This document shows positions 52,095-64,000 of a stretch of 64,000 nt of DNA, in pieces. The notes beneath the pieces are model-generated. The model searched no databases. It had not been told where the DNA came from and worked only from the letters and a program-made list of their open reading frames with translations. Origin of the DNA: Isurus oxyrinchus (Eukaryota); contig JANJGN010000065.1 of the NCBI GenBank assembly GCA_026770705.1, positions 806,001 through 870,000 of the forward strand, given 5' to 3'. Made by a program: the position numbers and the translations under genes. How positions within the stretch are numbered: position 1 is the first letter of the stretch; every line of letters starts with the position of its first letter.

Positions 52095-53380
52095 GGTTTC
52101 ATCAAGGGGAGGCCTTGCCTGACAAATCTGCTAGAATTCTTTGAGCAGCAAACGAGTAGGTTAGACAAAGGATAGCCAATGGATGTTATCTACTTGGATT
52201 TCCAGAAGGCCTTTGACAAGGTGCGAAACAGGAGGCTGCTCAGTAAGATAAGAGTCCATCGTGTTAGAGGTAAGGTACTAGCATGGATAGAAGATTGGCT
52301 GTCTGGCAGGAGGCAGAGGGTGGGGATAAGGGGGTTCATTCTTAGGATGGCGGCTGGTGATTAGTGGAGTTCCGTCGGGGTCAGTATTGGGACCACAACT
52401 TTTCAATTTATACATTAATGATTGAGATGAAGGAACCGAGGGCATTCTGGCTAAATTTGCAGATGATACAAAGATTTGTGGTGGAGTGACAGGTAGTACT
52501 GAGGAGGCGGGGAAGCTGCAGATGGGTTTAGACATGTTAGGAGAATGGCCAAAGAAGTGGCAGATGGAAGACAACGTCGGGAAATGATAGGCCATGCAGT
52601 TTGGTAGGAAGAATAGAGGCATAGATTATTATCTAAATGGGGAGAGAATTCAGGAATCTGGAGTGCCAAGGGACTTTAGAGTCCTAGTCCAGGATTCTCT
52701 TAAGGTTAACTTGCAGGTTGAGTCGGTAGTTAGGAAGGAAAATGCAAAGTTGGCATTTATTTCGAGCGGTCTAGTATCTAAAGCATGGATGTGCTGCTGA
52801 GGCTTTATAAGGCTCAGGTAATACCACATTTAGAATATTGTGAGCAATGACGAGCCCCGTATCTCAGAATGGATACGCTGGTCCTGGAGAGGGTCCAGAG
52901 GAGGTTCATGAGAATGATGCCAGGAATGAAAGGTTTAACATATGAGGAACGTTTGAGGACTCTGGGTCTATACTCGATGGAGCTTAGAAGGATGAGAGGG
53001 GATCTGATTGAAACATACAGAATTCTGAAAGGCCTGCAGAGTGGACGTGTGGCAGTTATTTCCATTAGCAGGAGAGACTAGGACCCGAGGGCACAGCCTC
53101 AGAGTAAAGGGAAGATCTTTTAGAACAGAGATGAGTAGAAAGTTTTTTTAGCCAGAGAGTGGTGAATCTCTGGAATTCCTTGCCATAGGAGGCTGTGGAG
53201 GCCAGGTTATTGAGTGTATTTGAGGCCGTGATAAATACGTTCTTGATTGGTAAGGGGATCAAAGGTTACTGGGAGATGTTGGGAGATTGGGTTGAGAAAC
53301 TTATCAGCCATGATTGAATGGCAGAGCAGACTCCATGTGAGGAATGGCCTAATTTCTGCTCCTATGTCTTATGATCCTAT
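52095..53380 (+). mobile_element. Relatively young 5'-truncated CR1 LINE
   Basis: MDVIYLDFQKAFDKV, SGVP.GSVLGP, KFADDTK, LERVQRRF.RMMPGMKGLTYEERL, and a 3' tail ...gctcctatgtcttatg. Confidence 0.95.
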
Positions 53381-53779
53381 TAAATCATTGAGCTACCGAC
53401 AAAGTTAATTGTAGAATGAAGTATAAAAACTGATTTTCCTTTAAAAACTTCCTCACCAAACGATAAGCAGTTGCAAAAAGTAGAATAATGAATAACAACA
53501 ACGCAATATGCATTGTGCATATAGTAGCACCAACAAAATGAGCGAACTTAGCCAAGACACTCCCCATTGATGGCAGGGGAATAATCAGCAGCAGGCAGTA
53601 TCTGAACTTAGTCTGTGAAGAGTAAGTTCGTCATTATTCTGTTTAGCTGAATAGCATAAAACTGGCCTATTAACCAGTTAACATCTCTCTCTGTTGCCGC
53701 AGTTCAATAAGAAACCAAAATGTCAATTTGTTTGAATCTGTTAACTTATTCAACCGACAGCATGTGAGCAACCGTCCAT

Positions 53780-56700
53780 ACGGGTTAGGAACAGGAGTGG
53801 GTCATTTGGTCTCTCGAGCCTTCTCTGCCAGACAATATGACCATGGTGAATCTAACTGCGTTCTGAGTTCCTCATTCCCATCTATCCCCTACAAGCTTTG
53901 ATTCTTTTTGCTAACAAGAATCTTCAACTCTGCCTTAAAATTAATCATTGCCTACCTTCTGAGGCAGAGTTCCAAAGTCACATAGCTCTCAGAGAGAGAA
54001 AAAAAAAACTCTTCTTCTCTTTGCTATAAGGGTGAACCTTAATTTTAACAGTGTACTCCCTCGTCCTGGACCCACTAACAAGAGGAAACATCCTTTCCGC
54101 ATCGACCTTGTCAAATCCATTCAGGATTTTATCTTCATAAAGTCACCACTCACTCTTTGAAATTCCATTGGAAACAAGCCAAGCAAGCTCAAACCAATTA
54201 TCTTACGACTGCCTGCTCATTCCAGATAACAATCCAGTACACTTCCTCTGAACTGCTTCCAGCGAATTTACATCCTTCCGTCAATAAGGAGACCAAAACT
54301 GCAAACAGTTTCCGACATGCCTTCTCGCCAATGGCCTGTTTAACTGACCATGGTATCCTTACTTTAATGTTGAATTCATGTCGCAATATCGTATATCATT
54401 CCAGTAGCCTTCTTAATTGCATGCTAAACCTGCAGCCAAATGTTTTGTGACTCCTGCACGAGGACACATAGATACCTGTGCACCTTATCATGCTGCAGTT
54501 ATTCCCTGTTTACATAACACTAGGAATGCGTCTTCTTCCTGCTAAAGTGAACAACTTCACGTTTTCCCACATCATAATCCAGCTGTCAGGTGTTTGCCCA
54601 CTGAGATAAAATAGCCATATCCGTGTGCAAACTCCTAACATCTTCTGCCGAGCATTCTTCCCCGCCTATCTTTCTGCCGTCTGCAAATTTAGCTACCAGA
54701 GACTCTTTCCACTTATCTAAGTAATTGATGTAAATTGAAATGAAAAAGATTCAGGGCTTAGCACAGATTCTTGCCAGTCTGAAAAATGCCCGTTTATGCA
54801 TACGCTCTGCTTTGTGCCAGCAAGCCAATCTTCCAACCAGGCTAATATGTTACCTCCGACGTAATGAACTTATATTTTATGCATAAACTTTGTTTTGGCA
54901 CCTTAGTAAATGCATTCTGGAAACACAAATACAGCACACTTACAGGCTCAACCCTTTCAATTGCACAATTTAATCATTCAAAGAGCTCTAATTATTTAGT
55001 TAAGCATGGATTCCCTTTCCAAAAACAATGCAGATCCTACACAATTACCTTGAGCTTTTCTAAGTATTTAGCTATAACAACTTAAATAATTGACTCTAAC
55101 ACCTTCCCCACAACAGACGTCAAGCTAACTAGCCTATTGTTTCCAGTTTTCTGCTTCCCTCCCTTCTTGAATAGAGGGGTGATATTTACTAATTTCCTGT
55201 CTGTTGGAACCTTTCCAGAATGCAGGAAATTATTGAAAATTAGAACCAAATCATTTACTCGCTCATTATCCATCGTATCTAAGACCCAAGGGTGAATCCA
55301 TCTGAGCCGGGACACTTTTCAGACCGCAGCTGCATGAGTTTGTTCAGCAGTTCTGCACTAGATATTACAATTTCGCCAAGTTTCTGCCATTCTCCACCTG
55401 CTGACTTACAGCTAGTACAGGAATGTACTTTTTATATATCCTCAAAACGGAAGCAAACTACTTGTTTATTTCATCCACCATGTTTTTCATTATACTATCA
55501 AGTCCCCACTGTCAATGACTGAAGGACGAACACTCAATAAGCCTACTCTCCTCTTTTCTAAATAACTGTAGAAACTAATATAATTTCTTACATTTTTTGC
55601 TGGCTTCCTCTCAGGCTCTGAATTCTATCCCTTGATTCGCCTTATAGTCATTCTCTGCCGTTCATTATATTCTGACAAATCATCTATCATGACACACACA
55701 TTGGCGCAGTAATATGCGTTTTCCTTACGTGTGAAGTGTGCCCTTAATTTTTTTTTTTCTGTTAACCATGGAAGGTCGGGATTCATTTCAGAATTTTTAC
55801 CAATATTAGTCATATACCTATTGTGAGTATTCTGAAATATTCTCTTCAATGCCTTCCATTGCGTATCTGGTTATATATCCTCTAGCTTAATATCACAGTT
55901 CATTTCAGTCAGCTCAGTATTCTTCCCCATATAGTGGAACTTTTCCCCCTAAGTTTTGCATACTTGTCTTCTCCCTTTCAATCTAGATGTAAAATTAAAA
56001 TCATAATATATTCTGTACTACCCAAGGTGCCTTTACACGGCCGTCACGAATTAACGCTGTCATATTACACAATACTTAGTCTAATATAAACTGCTCTAGG
56101 TTTTTTTCCGAAACCTGCCACTCGAGGAAACTTTCGCTACCAACTCCCGCTGGTGGCTTCATTCCTGTACTATTCCTCATGTGCACCCAACCCGATTCCA
56201 AAACCTGAACTCTTGAACCAAGGTCATCACTATGCTTTCTACAAATGTCATCCTTGATTACAAATAATTGGCCTCCAACTTTGTCTGTTGACGGTCATAC
56301 GCCTCTCCTTATTCGCAAGACAATTCATGTAATCTTGCATCCAGGTGTCCGTGATGGGTATCCAATCACAGTTATTTACATCAATGCGTATCTTCGGTTC
56401 CTTTATGTTGTTATGAATGCTACAAGCATTCAGACACAGGGCTCTGCACAAAAGGTCATACGGATTCAAAACATTAACTCTTTTCTCTCTCTTTCACAAT
56501 TGTTGTCAGGACTGTTGGGTTATTTCAGCACTTATTTGTTTTTATTTCAAATGCAGAGCCTGTAGTTTAGTCTTTGATTTAACTGTGCCAAAATTAGCCT
56601 GCTCTTTCTGCATTTTTTTTTTTGCTGTCCTATTCGCCATACTCTGACTCTCATTTCATATGTTACTCTTTGCCTCACATGCCTTCTCTCTGCTTTTTGA

Positions 56701-57600
56701 TATACCAATTCTCAATTTCCCTCTATGAATTTCCCAAGAACACGGACCTCAGTTCGGTTCGCTTGCACATTGACCCACCAGCAAAACCCCCACTTTCCCC
56801 AGTTCTTGTGCCAGTGCCGCAGAGACTGAACCAATTTCTCCCACACCACTCTTGAGCCACATATTCATCTCCTTAATTTTATGTACGCTGAGCCAATATT
56901 CATGCAGCTCAGATAATGTTACAGCACTTATAATATTTGAGGTTCTGCTTTTAAATGTATTGCTGAGCTCCTCATACTCTCTATGCAGACAATCTTCCTG
57001 TTTCTACCTATGTTGTCATGACCTACATGAACCAGAACAATTCGATCTCACCCTCCCACTGCCAGTCCCTATCCAGCTCTGTGTCGCTGTCCTGGACCTT
57101 GGCACTGGGCAGACAACATAGCTATATGAACGCTCCCTCTTTGCAACAGGGAAGCAAATTGCAGTCTCCAGACAGCCTTCTATTACCACTTCATTCTCTT
57201 TTGCTCCCCCCGCATGTACCACGGTGCCTTGGTCAGTTTGCACACCCACCCTGCAGCACCAATATCATTCAACCTAGCTGAGATAACCTCAAACATATTG
57301 GACCATTGTAGAGGCTCACACTCCTCCACTCCTGCTTCTGGGTGCCCTTACTTTACGCACTCGCAGTCACACCCACCTGCCCCTGGAAACTGAGCAAATC
57401 AGAAGAAACTATCCTAAGTGGCGTGACTATCTCCAGCTATCAAGCATCCAGGTACCTTTGCCCCTGTGATGTGTCTCAGTTTCTACAAATCAACCTCAAT
57501 ATCAATGACACTGAGCCGAAGTTCATCAAACAGCCATCACTTCCTGCAGAGTTATTTGCCCTCAATCGCAGTGTTATCCAGGAGCTACCACAAAAATGAG
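53780..57600 (-). mobile_element. Older long CR1 LINE (ORF2 and 5'/ORF1 remnants)
   Basis: Minus strand NITPLFKKGGKQKTGNNRLVSLTSVVGKVLESII (55082-55315). The 3' UTR lies at ~53780-53850 and decayed ORF1-like sequence at ~56600-57600. Confidence 0.75.
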
Positions 57601-58263
57601 AACCACAAATGTTATAATCGCTGGTTCATTACCTGAGCTGCATGTAAATAAGTTTAGCGTACATAAAAATAAGGAGATGAATCATAGCTCAAAGACTGAA
57701 GTGGGTGAAATTTGTTCAGCCATGATGCCCAGTCACTTCACTTGTCCGGCCATCTTTAATCTGTTTTAATTAATTAATGTATTCTGTTAATCACTTATTC
57801 ATCTTTTAGTTAAATAGCTTATTCGCTTTCCCAACAGTACCTGTATTAGTTTAAACCATAGCTATGGAATGGCACATAACCACTCAGCACATACTCACCA
57901 AACAGTTAGCTCATTTCTCTGTAGTAAAGCCGGAACCAAATCCTATGGCGTGAGAAGTTTGGAAAAAAAAACACATCCCCCCGTCCCACCCCGCCCTTCA
58001 CCGAACTGCCCTCTCACCAAATTCAAAGCCTTCAATTGTTACCTCAGCTGCACCGTTTATTCGATGGCTAAACTAAAGAAACCAGAATTATCTGTAAATT
58101 GAAGTGGGCCTATAGTAACCAGGTTCAAGCAGTTACCTGATTAACTATATAGATCCTAGGGGTGAAAGTGGGGTCACGGTGTCTAAACTGCGAGCAGAAC
58201 GAATTTAGCCTGATTAAACACTATTTTCTAGTTACTGCTAATTACAAAATCGATTAGATTATA

Positions 58264-58403
58264 ACTCTTTCGAGTACAAACCCATTTCCATCTGTTTCAG
58301 ATGAAGTTACATTGTTTCATAGTTTGCCATTGTGAGATTTGAACTCTCAATCTTGGGGTTACAAACCCAGTACCATAACCACTAGGCTATTTAGGTCAAG
58401 CCC
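58264..58403 (-). mobile_element. 140-bp tRNA-derived SINE (tRNA-Thr(TGT)-like head) with 15-bp TSD
   Basis: On minus: A-box TAGCCTAGTGG, anticodon-like loop TTTGTAA, B-box GAGTTCAAATC. Perfect TSD atcgattagattata at 58249-58263 and 58404-58418. Confidence 0.8.
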
Positions 58404-59616
58404 ATCGATTAGATTATAGGAACAGCATTTAATAAACAAATTATGGCTTAAAACTGCCTCTCCCACCAAACTCCAAACCTTCACTATTTTAGTTCAGCTG
58501 CACGCCGTTGGCCTTGGAGGCACCAAAGAACCCCGGACGTATCGTAAAATTAACTGGGGCGACAGCAAACAGTGTCAAAATGTTAGCAATTAACTGGACA
58601 TTCCCTGCAGCTGAGATAAGATTACCATGTCATACTGCAACAACGAAATAACTTAGTCTACTTAAGCAGCACTTTCCAATTGCTGTTAATCACAGACCAG
58701 ATCATATTTTAAGAGCAACATTTAAGAATAAGACGAACATTTAAAATCCCCCTTCACAACAAATTTCAAATTTTCAGTCAATTATCTCAGCTGAACTCCA
58801 TTTGCCTTAACGGCAATAAAGAACTCTGAATTAATAATAAACTGAACAGGGGCTAAATAAACGAGTTTCAAACAGCTTGTTAATTAACTACTCAGCACGT
58901 ACAACTGATACTGAATTTACTGCGTCTAAACAGCAATAAGTAAAGAACTGAGACACTGTCCACAGTATTTTACAATTGCTTCTAATTAAAAACGAGGTTT
59001 GATTTTAAGAGCAAAATGTAAGAACAAAATTCAATCGTAACATTCCCTACAAAGGAAAACCTCAGGTCTGCACTCAGGTACCTCAGCAGGACTCGGGTTT
59101 CTTTGAAAAAAACCCTGTGATAACTCCCTATTTTGTCAAACACAATGAAATTTCCATGGCAAACAGACATCGGCCACCTGAAGTCATGATTTTAAAGAAG
59201 TGTAGTTTATTCCATTCCAATCGGTGACCCATAATCAGTTCAGGTCTGAAGTGACACATGCTGCCAGTTAAAAAAAAAGACGGGGGTGAAACGTTTCACT
59301 CCAGTTAGTCAGAAAACTCAGCAGAGTTCCCCTTTCCATGTAATGACTTGCTTGAACTTCCATAAGATTCAACAGCATGCAATATTGCCCTCAAATCAAT
59401 TAGCTGATAGTACAATTAATCTTTAGTTCGGGAGGAGATAATTATTTTCAATAGCTACAATAAAATAAAACCACATACATAATTCAGGATATTGACTTAA
59501 TTTAAATAACGTCATTGCAGAACGTTCAACAGTTGACCTTGAAGTATGTGACAGACCAAGGATGGAACCAGATTTACAAACAGATTTACACAACTAAAAT
59601 GCTTACTGTAGCTTAC

Positions 59617-59683
59617 CAGGTATACCAATGATAGCAATGATAATGTAGCATGTTTTATCAATAGTGTGAAAAGTTTCGAGCAT
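59617..59683 (-). CDS. Distal GPCR coding exon 1 (intact)
   Basis: ATG...MLETFHTIDKTCYIIIAIIGIP+G|gtaagc: 67 nt with a canonical donor, phase-compatible with exon 2, giving the TM1 motif GIPVNLV. Confidence 0.85.
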
Positions 59684-59770
59684 TTTGTCCCTGAATTGAT
59701 TTTTCTTTTGTGCTGCAGGCACCGTCTCCCCCCAAAAAACTATGTGCTGATACATTATCGACGCCTTTCA

Positions 59771-59776
59771 TTTATA
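59771..59776 (-). promoter_or_regulatory. TATA box of distal exon 1
   Basis: GTATAAATGAAAGGCG on minus, ~88 nt upstream of the ATG, with the same core as 47629-47634. Confidence 0.6.
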
Positions 59777-60059
59777 CACCTTGAGATCCCCGCTGGGACA
59801 CTCAGGTTGCAACATCGTTCAAAATGTTTTTTTCTTTCAAATTTGATCAAAAATATTATGACAGCTGAATTAATTCGCTACACCGATAAGTTATGTTTAT
59901 CGCTGAGACTTAATTTATGAAAAGCATGGACAGGAATATTCTGGACCACGTTAAATAACCATTGAATATCGGAAGTTGGATGGTGCTGTCTCTTCATACA
60001 TCATTTTAGAACCCAGCTTGATTGTGTTTTGGCCACTCGTGAAACTAATGCAACACTCA

Positions 60060-60900
60060 CAATAATGCCGTCCTTGAAACTGAAATCCAAGCCTTAACTC
60101 GTTGGTAGAATCTCAAGTTAATATATTGCTTAAAGAACATACTTGCCCCTCCTAATACAGCCGGAAAATTCTGGTGCAGCACCTCGATCAAGTACAGCTC
60201 TCATTTACAACAGCCCAATCTAATCCATCTAATACAGGCCGTGGAAATAATAAACTAATTCAAGTAAATACACAATCTCAACATAAGGCAACTCTCGATT
60301 AATATAGGCCACAAATCAATTAACTCAGGAACAAGTCTTCCATTCCCTCAAACTAATACAGAACCAAAGGAATGAAGCATTTCAAAAAAAGACAAGAGTT
60401 CAAGAGTTTTCAGCCTTATTATTACTGCACACTTTGCTAGTAAAGTCTTTCAATTTAGTAGAGACAGAACATATCAAAAAGCCATTGCACTAATTCGTCC
60501 TTTTAAAATAAGAGTCGTAAACTAATATATGCTCAGAAAGAAATGCTACTCCTAAGAACCATAAAGTAAAAAACTCAGTTATACACTGCCCATCAGCCTA
60601 ACACAGTTAGGTTAATAGTTCCTCAAATTGGTTCAAACTCTAAGAAAAATGCAAGTGCATTCAAACTAGCAGCATGTCGTCAACCTGATGAAAGCCCTCG
60701 AGCTCATGCATCACCTTCAACTAATAAAGCCTTTCAATATGCTGCAGCATTTGAGACAAACCTAGCCGCTCAAAATCGTAAAACCTCTCAAAATAATGCA
60801 TACGATGAAACTAATTTAAACCTTAAAAGTAATACATTATTACAAAGCTGAAGAGGTACCAATTTAATATGGATCCATTAACGCATCATGAAATCAAAAT
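60060..60900 (+). repeat. Decayed ~17-bp tandem array, paralogous to 48060-49160
   Basis: Recurrent ctcaaactaatacag / aaactaat words. A smaller patch lies at ~61510-61720. Confidence 0.5.
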
Positions 60901-62446
60901 GTTACCTTAATATTAATTGCCCTGCCGTTCGGTTGTTAAAATAATATTTCTTCAGTATGGAAGAGCTGATGCAAAATCCTTGGAGGTATAGAATATAATT
61001 TAAAAGGACATTTTATTTTGTGAAGAACTTAGGCTTGAGAAAATTCCTTTGTGTACCCAATCCTGGATTTGATAAGATTGATTCTCAGGTTCCCCATATC
61101 AAAAACAAACTGCCTAAGTTGGATGATGAGACTGTTCCTGAAACAGATAAGCCAAGAGGTGAGTGAGTGGGTTTGGGGCAAGAACGAATTGGCTCTACTC
61201 TTTTGGTTTCTCCCAGGTGTAATTGTAAACGGGAATGACAAATAATGTAATGACTGATTGCGCCCTGCCCGGTGAAAACTGAGGAGGCCTTCTGATGCGG
61301 ATTCATCCTACTTTCCACTTACTTCTTTGCCTTACAGATGTCCAAGGAAGATGACGAGACATCGTTATGAAGAAACGACCATTCGTGTAGAAAGCAGCTA
61401 ACGTGCTCATTCCAGTTTCTATCCGTCCTTGCAATCTGCATTTGCTCAAACTTCGCAGCTTTCCCAGATAGTATTTTTGTTCGGTCTGTTCTGATTATGA
61501 GTTGACAATTTAACTATCACTCCTTAATTAACCATTTATGATTCCTCGGCCCTTTCTGGTACACTGTAATCCCTGATTAAACCCACATCTTAAAGAAAAT
61601 CCCCCTTAAAACTAATTAAGTCCCTTCAAATTATGCAACCGTATAGCTCACCAGTGTAACGTAGCCTCTGAAAATAATACGGGTCATAAAATGAATACAG
61701 TGCCTCCAAGGCAAGCATTTCCTTGAAGAAGTAGACAATAGTCTACTTCAGGCTTACAAGACACGAAGCTAGATGAAAGTCATGATACGAATAAGGCCAT
61801 GTAATAAGGTATAGAGTAATATCGCTGAAAGCAAGACACAAGTGCTAAAAAAGATGAATAACTGTTTTATTTCAGGGCAGTTATTTATTTCAAACACTGA
61901 CCTTACTAGAGAAGCTCAAATCGCAAGAACGTTTAAAATCCGAATGCAAACAAATAGGCAGTGCGGATTCAAGGGAGAAGTGTGACATATAACATGTGGG
62001 TAGTCATCTCAAAACTAGACCAATGGTCAGTAATCTGTGATAAACCTGTGTGCCAGTGCCAGCACAAGCGTGGTCAGATATAGATGTGCCGCCAGTGCAA
62101 TTATGAGTGAGGTTTCTGATATGACTCTATTTTCTGTGTAAGTGCAATACTGTACTTGAATCTTAGCGTCAGCAAAAATCGACGCCAGAGATATAATTGG
62201 ATGCGTGGAGGAATTAAGTGTGAGATTAGGGATATTTCAGCAAGGAACGTGACAGTGTAAGCAGGGCGATGAGTGGATGAATAATTAAATCCCCTGCGAG
62301 TTCGGTAATGTTGTCTTATGGCCAGTGGCAGCACAATTAGGCCGTTACAGGAGATGAATTATTTTTGACAATAAAGCTAGTTCAGGGAGGTTTAGCAATA
62401 TTGGTGAAGCCACTGATATGTCTGAAATGATATTAACAATAGTAAT

Positions 62447-62687
62447 AAAAACAAAAAAAACTGCGGATGCTGGAAATCCAAAACAAAAACAGAATTACCT
62501 GGAAAAACTCAGCATGTCTGGCAGCGTCGGCGGAGAAGAAAAGAGTTGATGTTTCGAGTCCTCATGACCCTTCGACCGAACTGAGATTGGTCGAAGGGTC
62601 ATGTGGACTCGAAACGTCAACTCTTTTCTTCTGCACCGATGCTGCCAGACCTGCTGAGTTTTTCCAGGTAATTTTGTTTTTGTTTTG
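62447..62687. mobile_element. Fold-back Penelope-like 3'-end insertion
   Basis: Arms meet at cttcgacc-gaactgagatt-ggtcgaag. Perfect 14-bp TSD ttaacaatagtaat at 62433-62446 and 62688-62701. Confidence 0.88.
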
Positions 62688-63499
62688 TTAACAATAGTAA
62701 TGATGTGTGATAGAATCAGATGTGCTTTAAGACCCTAGGTAAAGCCAGTGCTAACAAGGATCAGTCATGAATATACAACGAGACATTGCTGTGTCTGGAT
62801 AGGCAGTGAAAATGCGAGGGAGCTACATTTAGTGGTCTCTCTAGGTAGGTTACGCACATTTGAATTAACTGATTGGTATATCTGGATGGACGCCGAGTGA
62901 AGATGACTGATCAGTGATAAACATCGATGAATATTGGAAGTATGAGTGAGGGCCACAATGCTCCTGCATAGGTATGGATAATACTGGATGTTTCGTCAAG
63001 CAGCAGGATAGTCGCTGAGCGTAATTTGAAGGCTGCTTACTTTTATCATCCCAATGAAATCTCTGGTGTAAACGCTGCACTGAAATAATGAATATAAAAC
63101 GCACATATAGCATTTATTTGTCAAGAATGGAAAACTATCCCTATTTCCCATTCTGCAGTATTCGTCAGAATTGGCCACAACTTCCTCTTTAAACACCTCT
63201 TCTGCATTGTTCATGCAGCTTTGCAAATTATCCCTCAAACCTTAGCCGGAAAATTACTTGCACTAATTTAGCTTCACATATCAATAACGTTACTTTGGCA
63301 ATCTGGGACATCAATTTTACAATAAATGCTACTCTTCAGTAATATCCACTGAAAGAAAAAACATTAGCTTGTGCGCTGGTGACTCTGCTTTATCTCTCCC
63401 ATAACTGTTTGGATTCTGTTCCCTTACGCTTATAGCGAACATGGGCGTCGTCCACACCTGTCCTCTATCCGTCAACGCTACTGAATGGAATGGTTCACT

Positions 63500-63770
63500 C
63501 GGCCATTTCAGAGGATAATTAAGAATCAACGGCATTTCTATGTATCTTGAGTCACATGTAGGCCATGCTGAGTAAGGTTAGGGGATTTACTTCCCTAAAG
63601 AGGCACTAGTGAAACATATGTTTTTTTTAAAACAGTCGGTGAAGATTGCCATCTTCACCCTTACAAAGCCCTGATTACAGATTTATTAATTAATTAAAAT
63701 ACATTAAATGCTGTGGTGGAATTTGAATCGGCCATTTGACTTCTAAGCTGGTGATATGATCACTATAGCC
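63500..63770 (-). mobile_element. tRNA-derived SINE (HE1-like)
   Basis: Reverse-complement similarity to 35630-35945 (gagtcacatgtaggcca...ttccctaaag...ggtggaatttgaa). Confidence 0.6.
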
Positions 63771-64000
63771 CCGTCGCCCCGTGAATGCGCACTGTGCCAT
63801 TGACTTACAAAGCTGCTTGTCAAAACTCAACGCAGAATGCAAGGCAATTTCTTCCAACTAGCCATTACGTGGATTCTGATTTGGAATCTGCCATAAATAT
63901 ACTGGCGCCATTGAAATACCTAGCAGCAGGATGAATTTGGACCAAATCATATGCAAAATTGGTCTGGTGTTTAACGCTGAGGTCTTTCTTCTAGCGACAT

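Noticed and set aside
58320-58403. Functional tRNA gene
   Set aside because: The acceptor stem does not pair well, and the unit is bounded by a 15-bp TSD with a non-tRNA tail, so it is a SINE.

Overview
Repeat-rich vertebrate genomic DNA, very likely from a cartilaginous fish (shark), judging by the CR1 LINEs, tRNA-derived SINEs, Penelope-like 3' ends and a two-exon GPR139/142-like receptor. One host gene is clear: a class A GPCR on the minus strand (coding exon 2 at 44036-44946). It has two paralogous 67-nt first coding exons, each with its own TATA promoter. The proximal one (47477-47543) has a GT>GA donor, and the distal one (59617-59683) is intact with no visible exon 2 of its own. The left part holds a decayed PIF/Harbinger transposon (1-5700) and a decayed Gmr1-type Ty3/Gypsy element (IN before RT; ~10070-20948, minus). 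Nested inside that is a retrovirus-like element (13985-~19930, plus) with a tRNA-Asn-like PBS, YVDD RT and a tether plus RNase H. The most striking structural signal is a family of young fold-back insertions: two head-to-head Penelope 3' ends, most with a minimal hammerhead-like motif, bounded by 13-15 bp TSDs. One has captured 79 bp of DNA from 1.15 kb away between its arms. A 140-bp tRNA-derived SINE with a 15-bp TSD ends in a hammerhead-like rather than CR1-like or poly(A) tail. All calls are by eye, and boundaries of decayed repeats are approximate.
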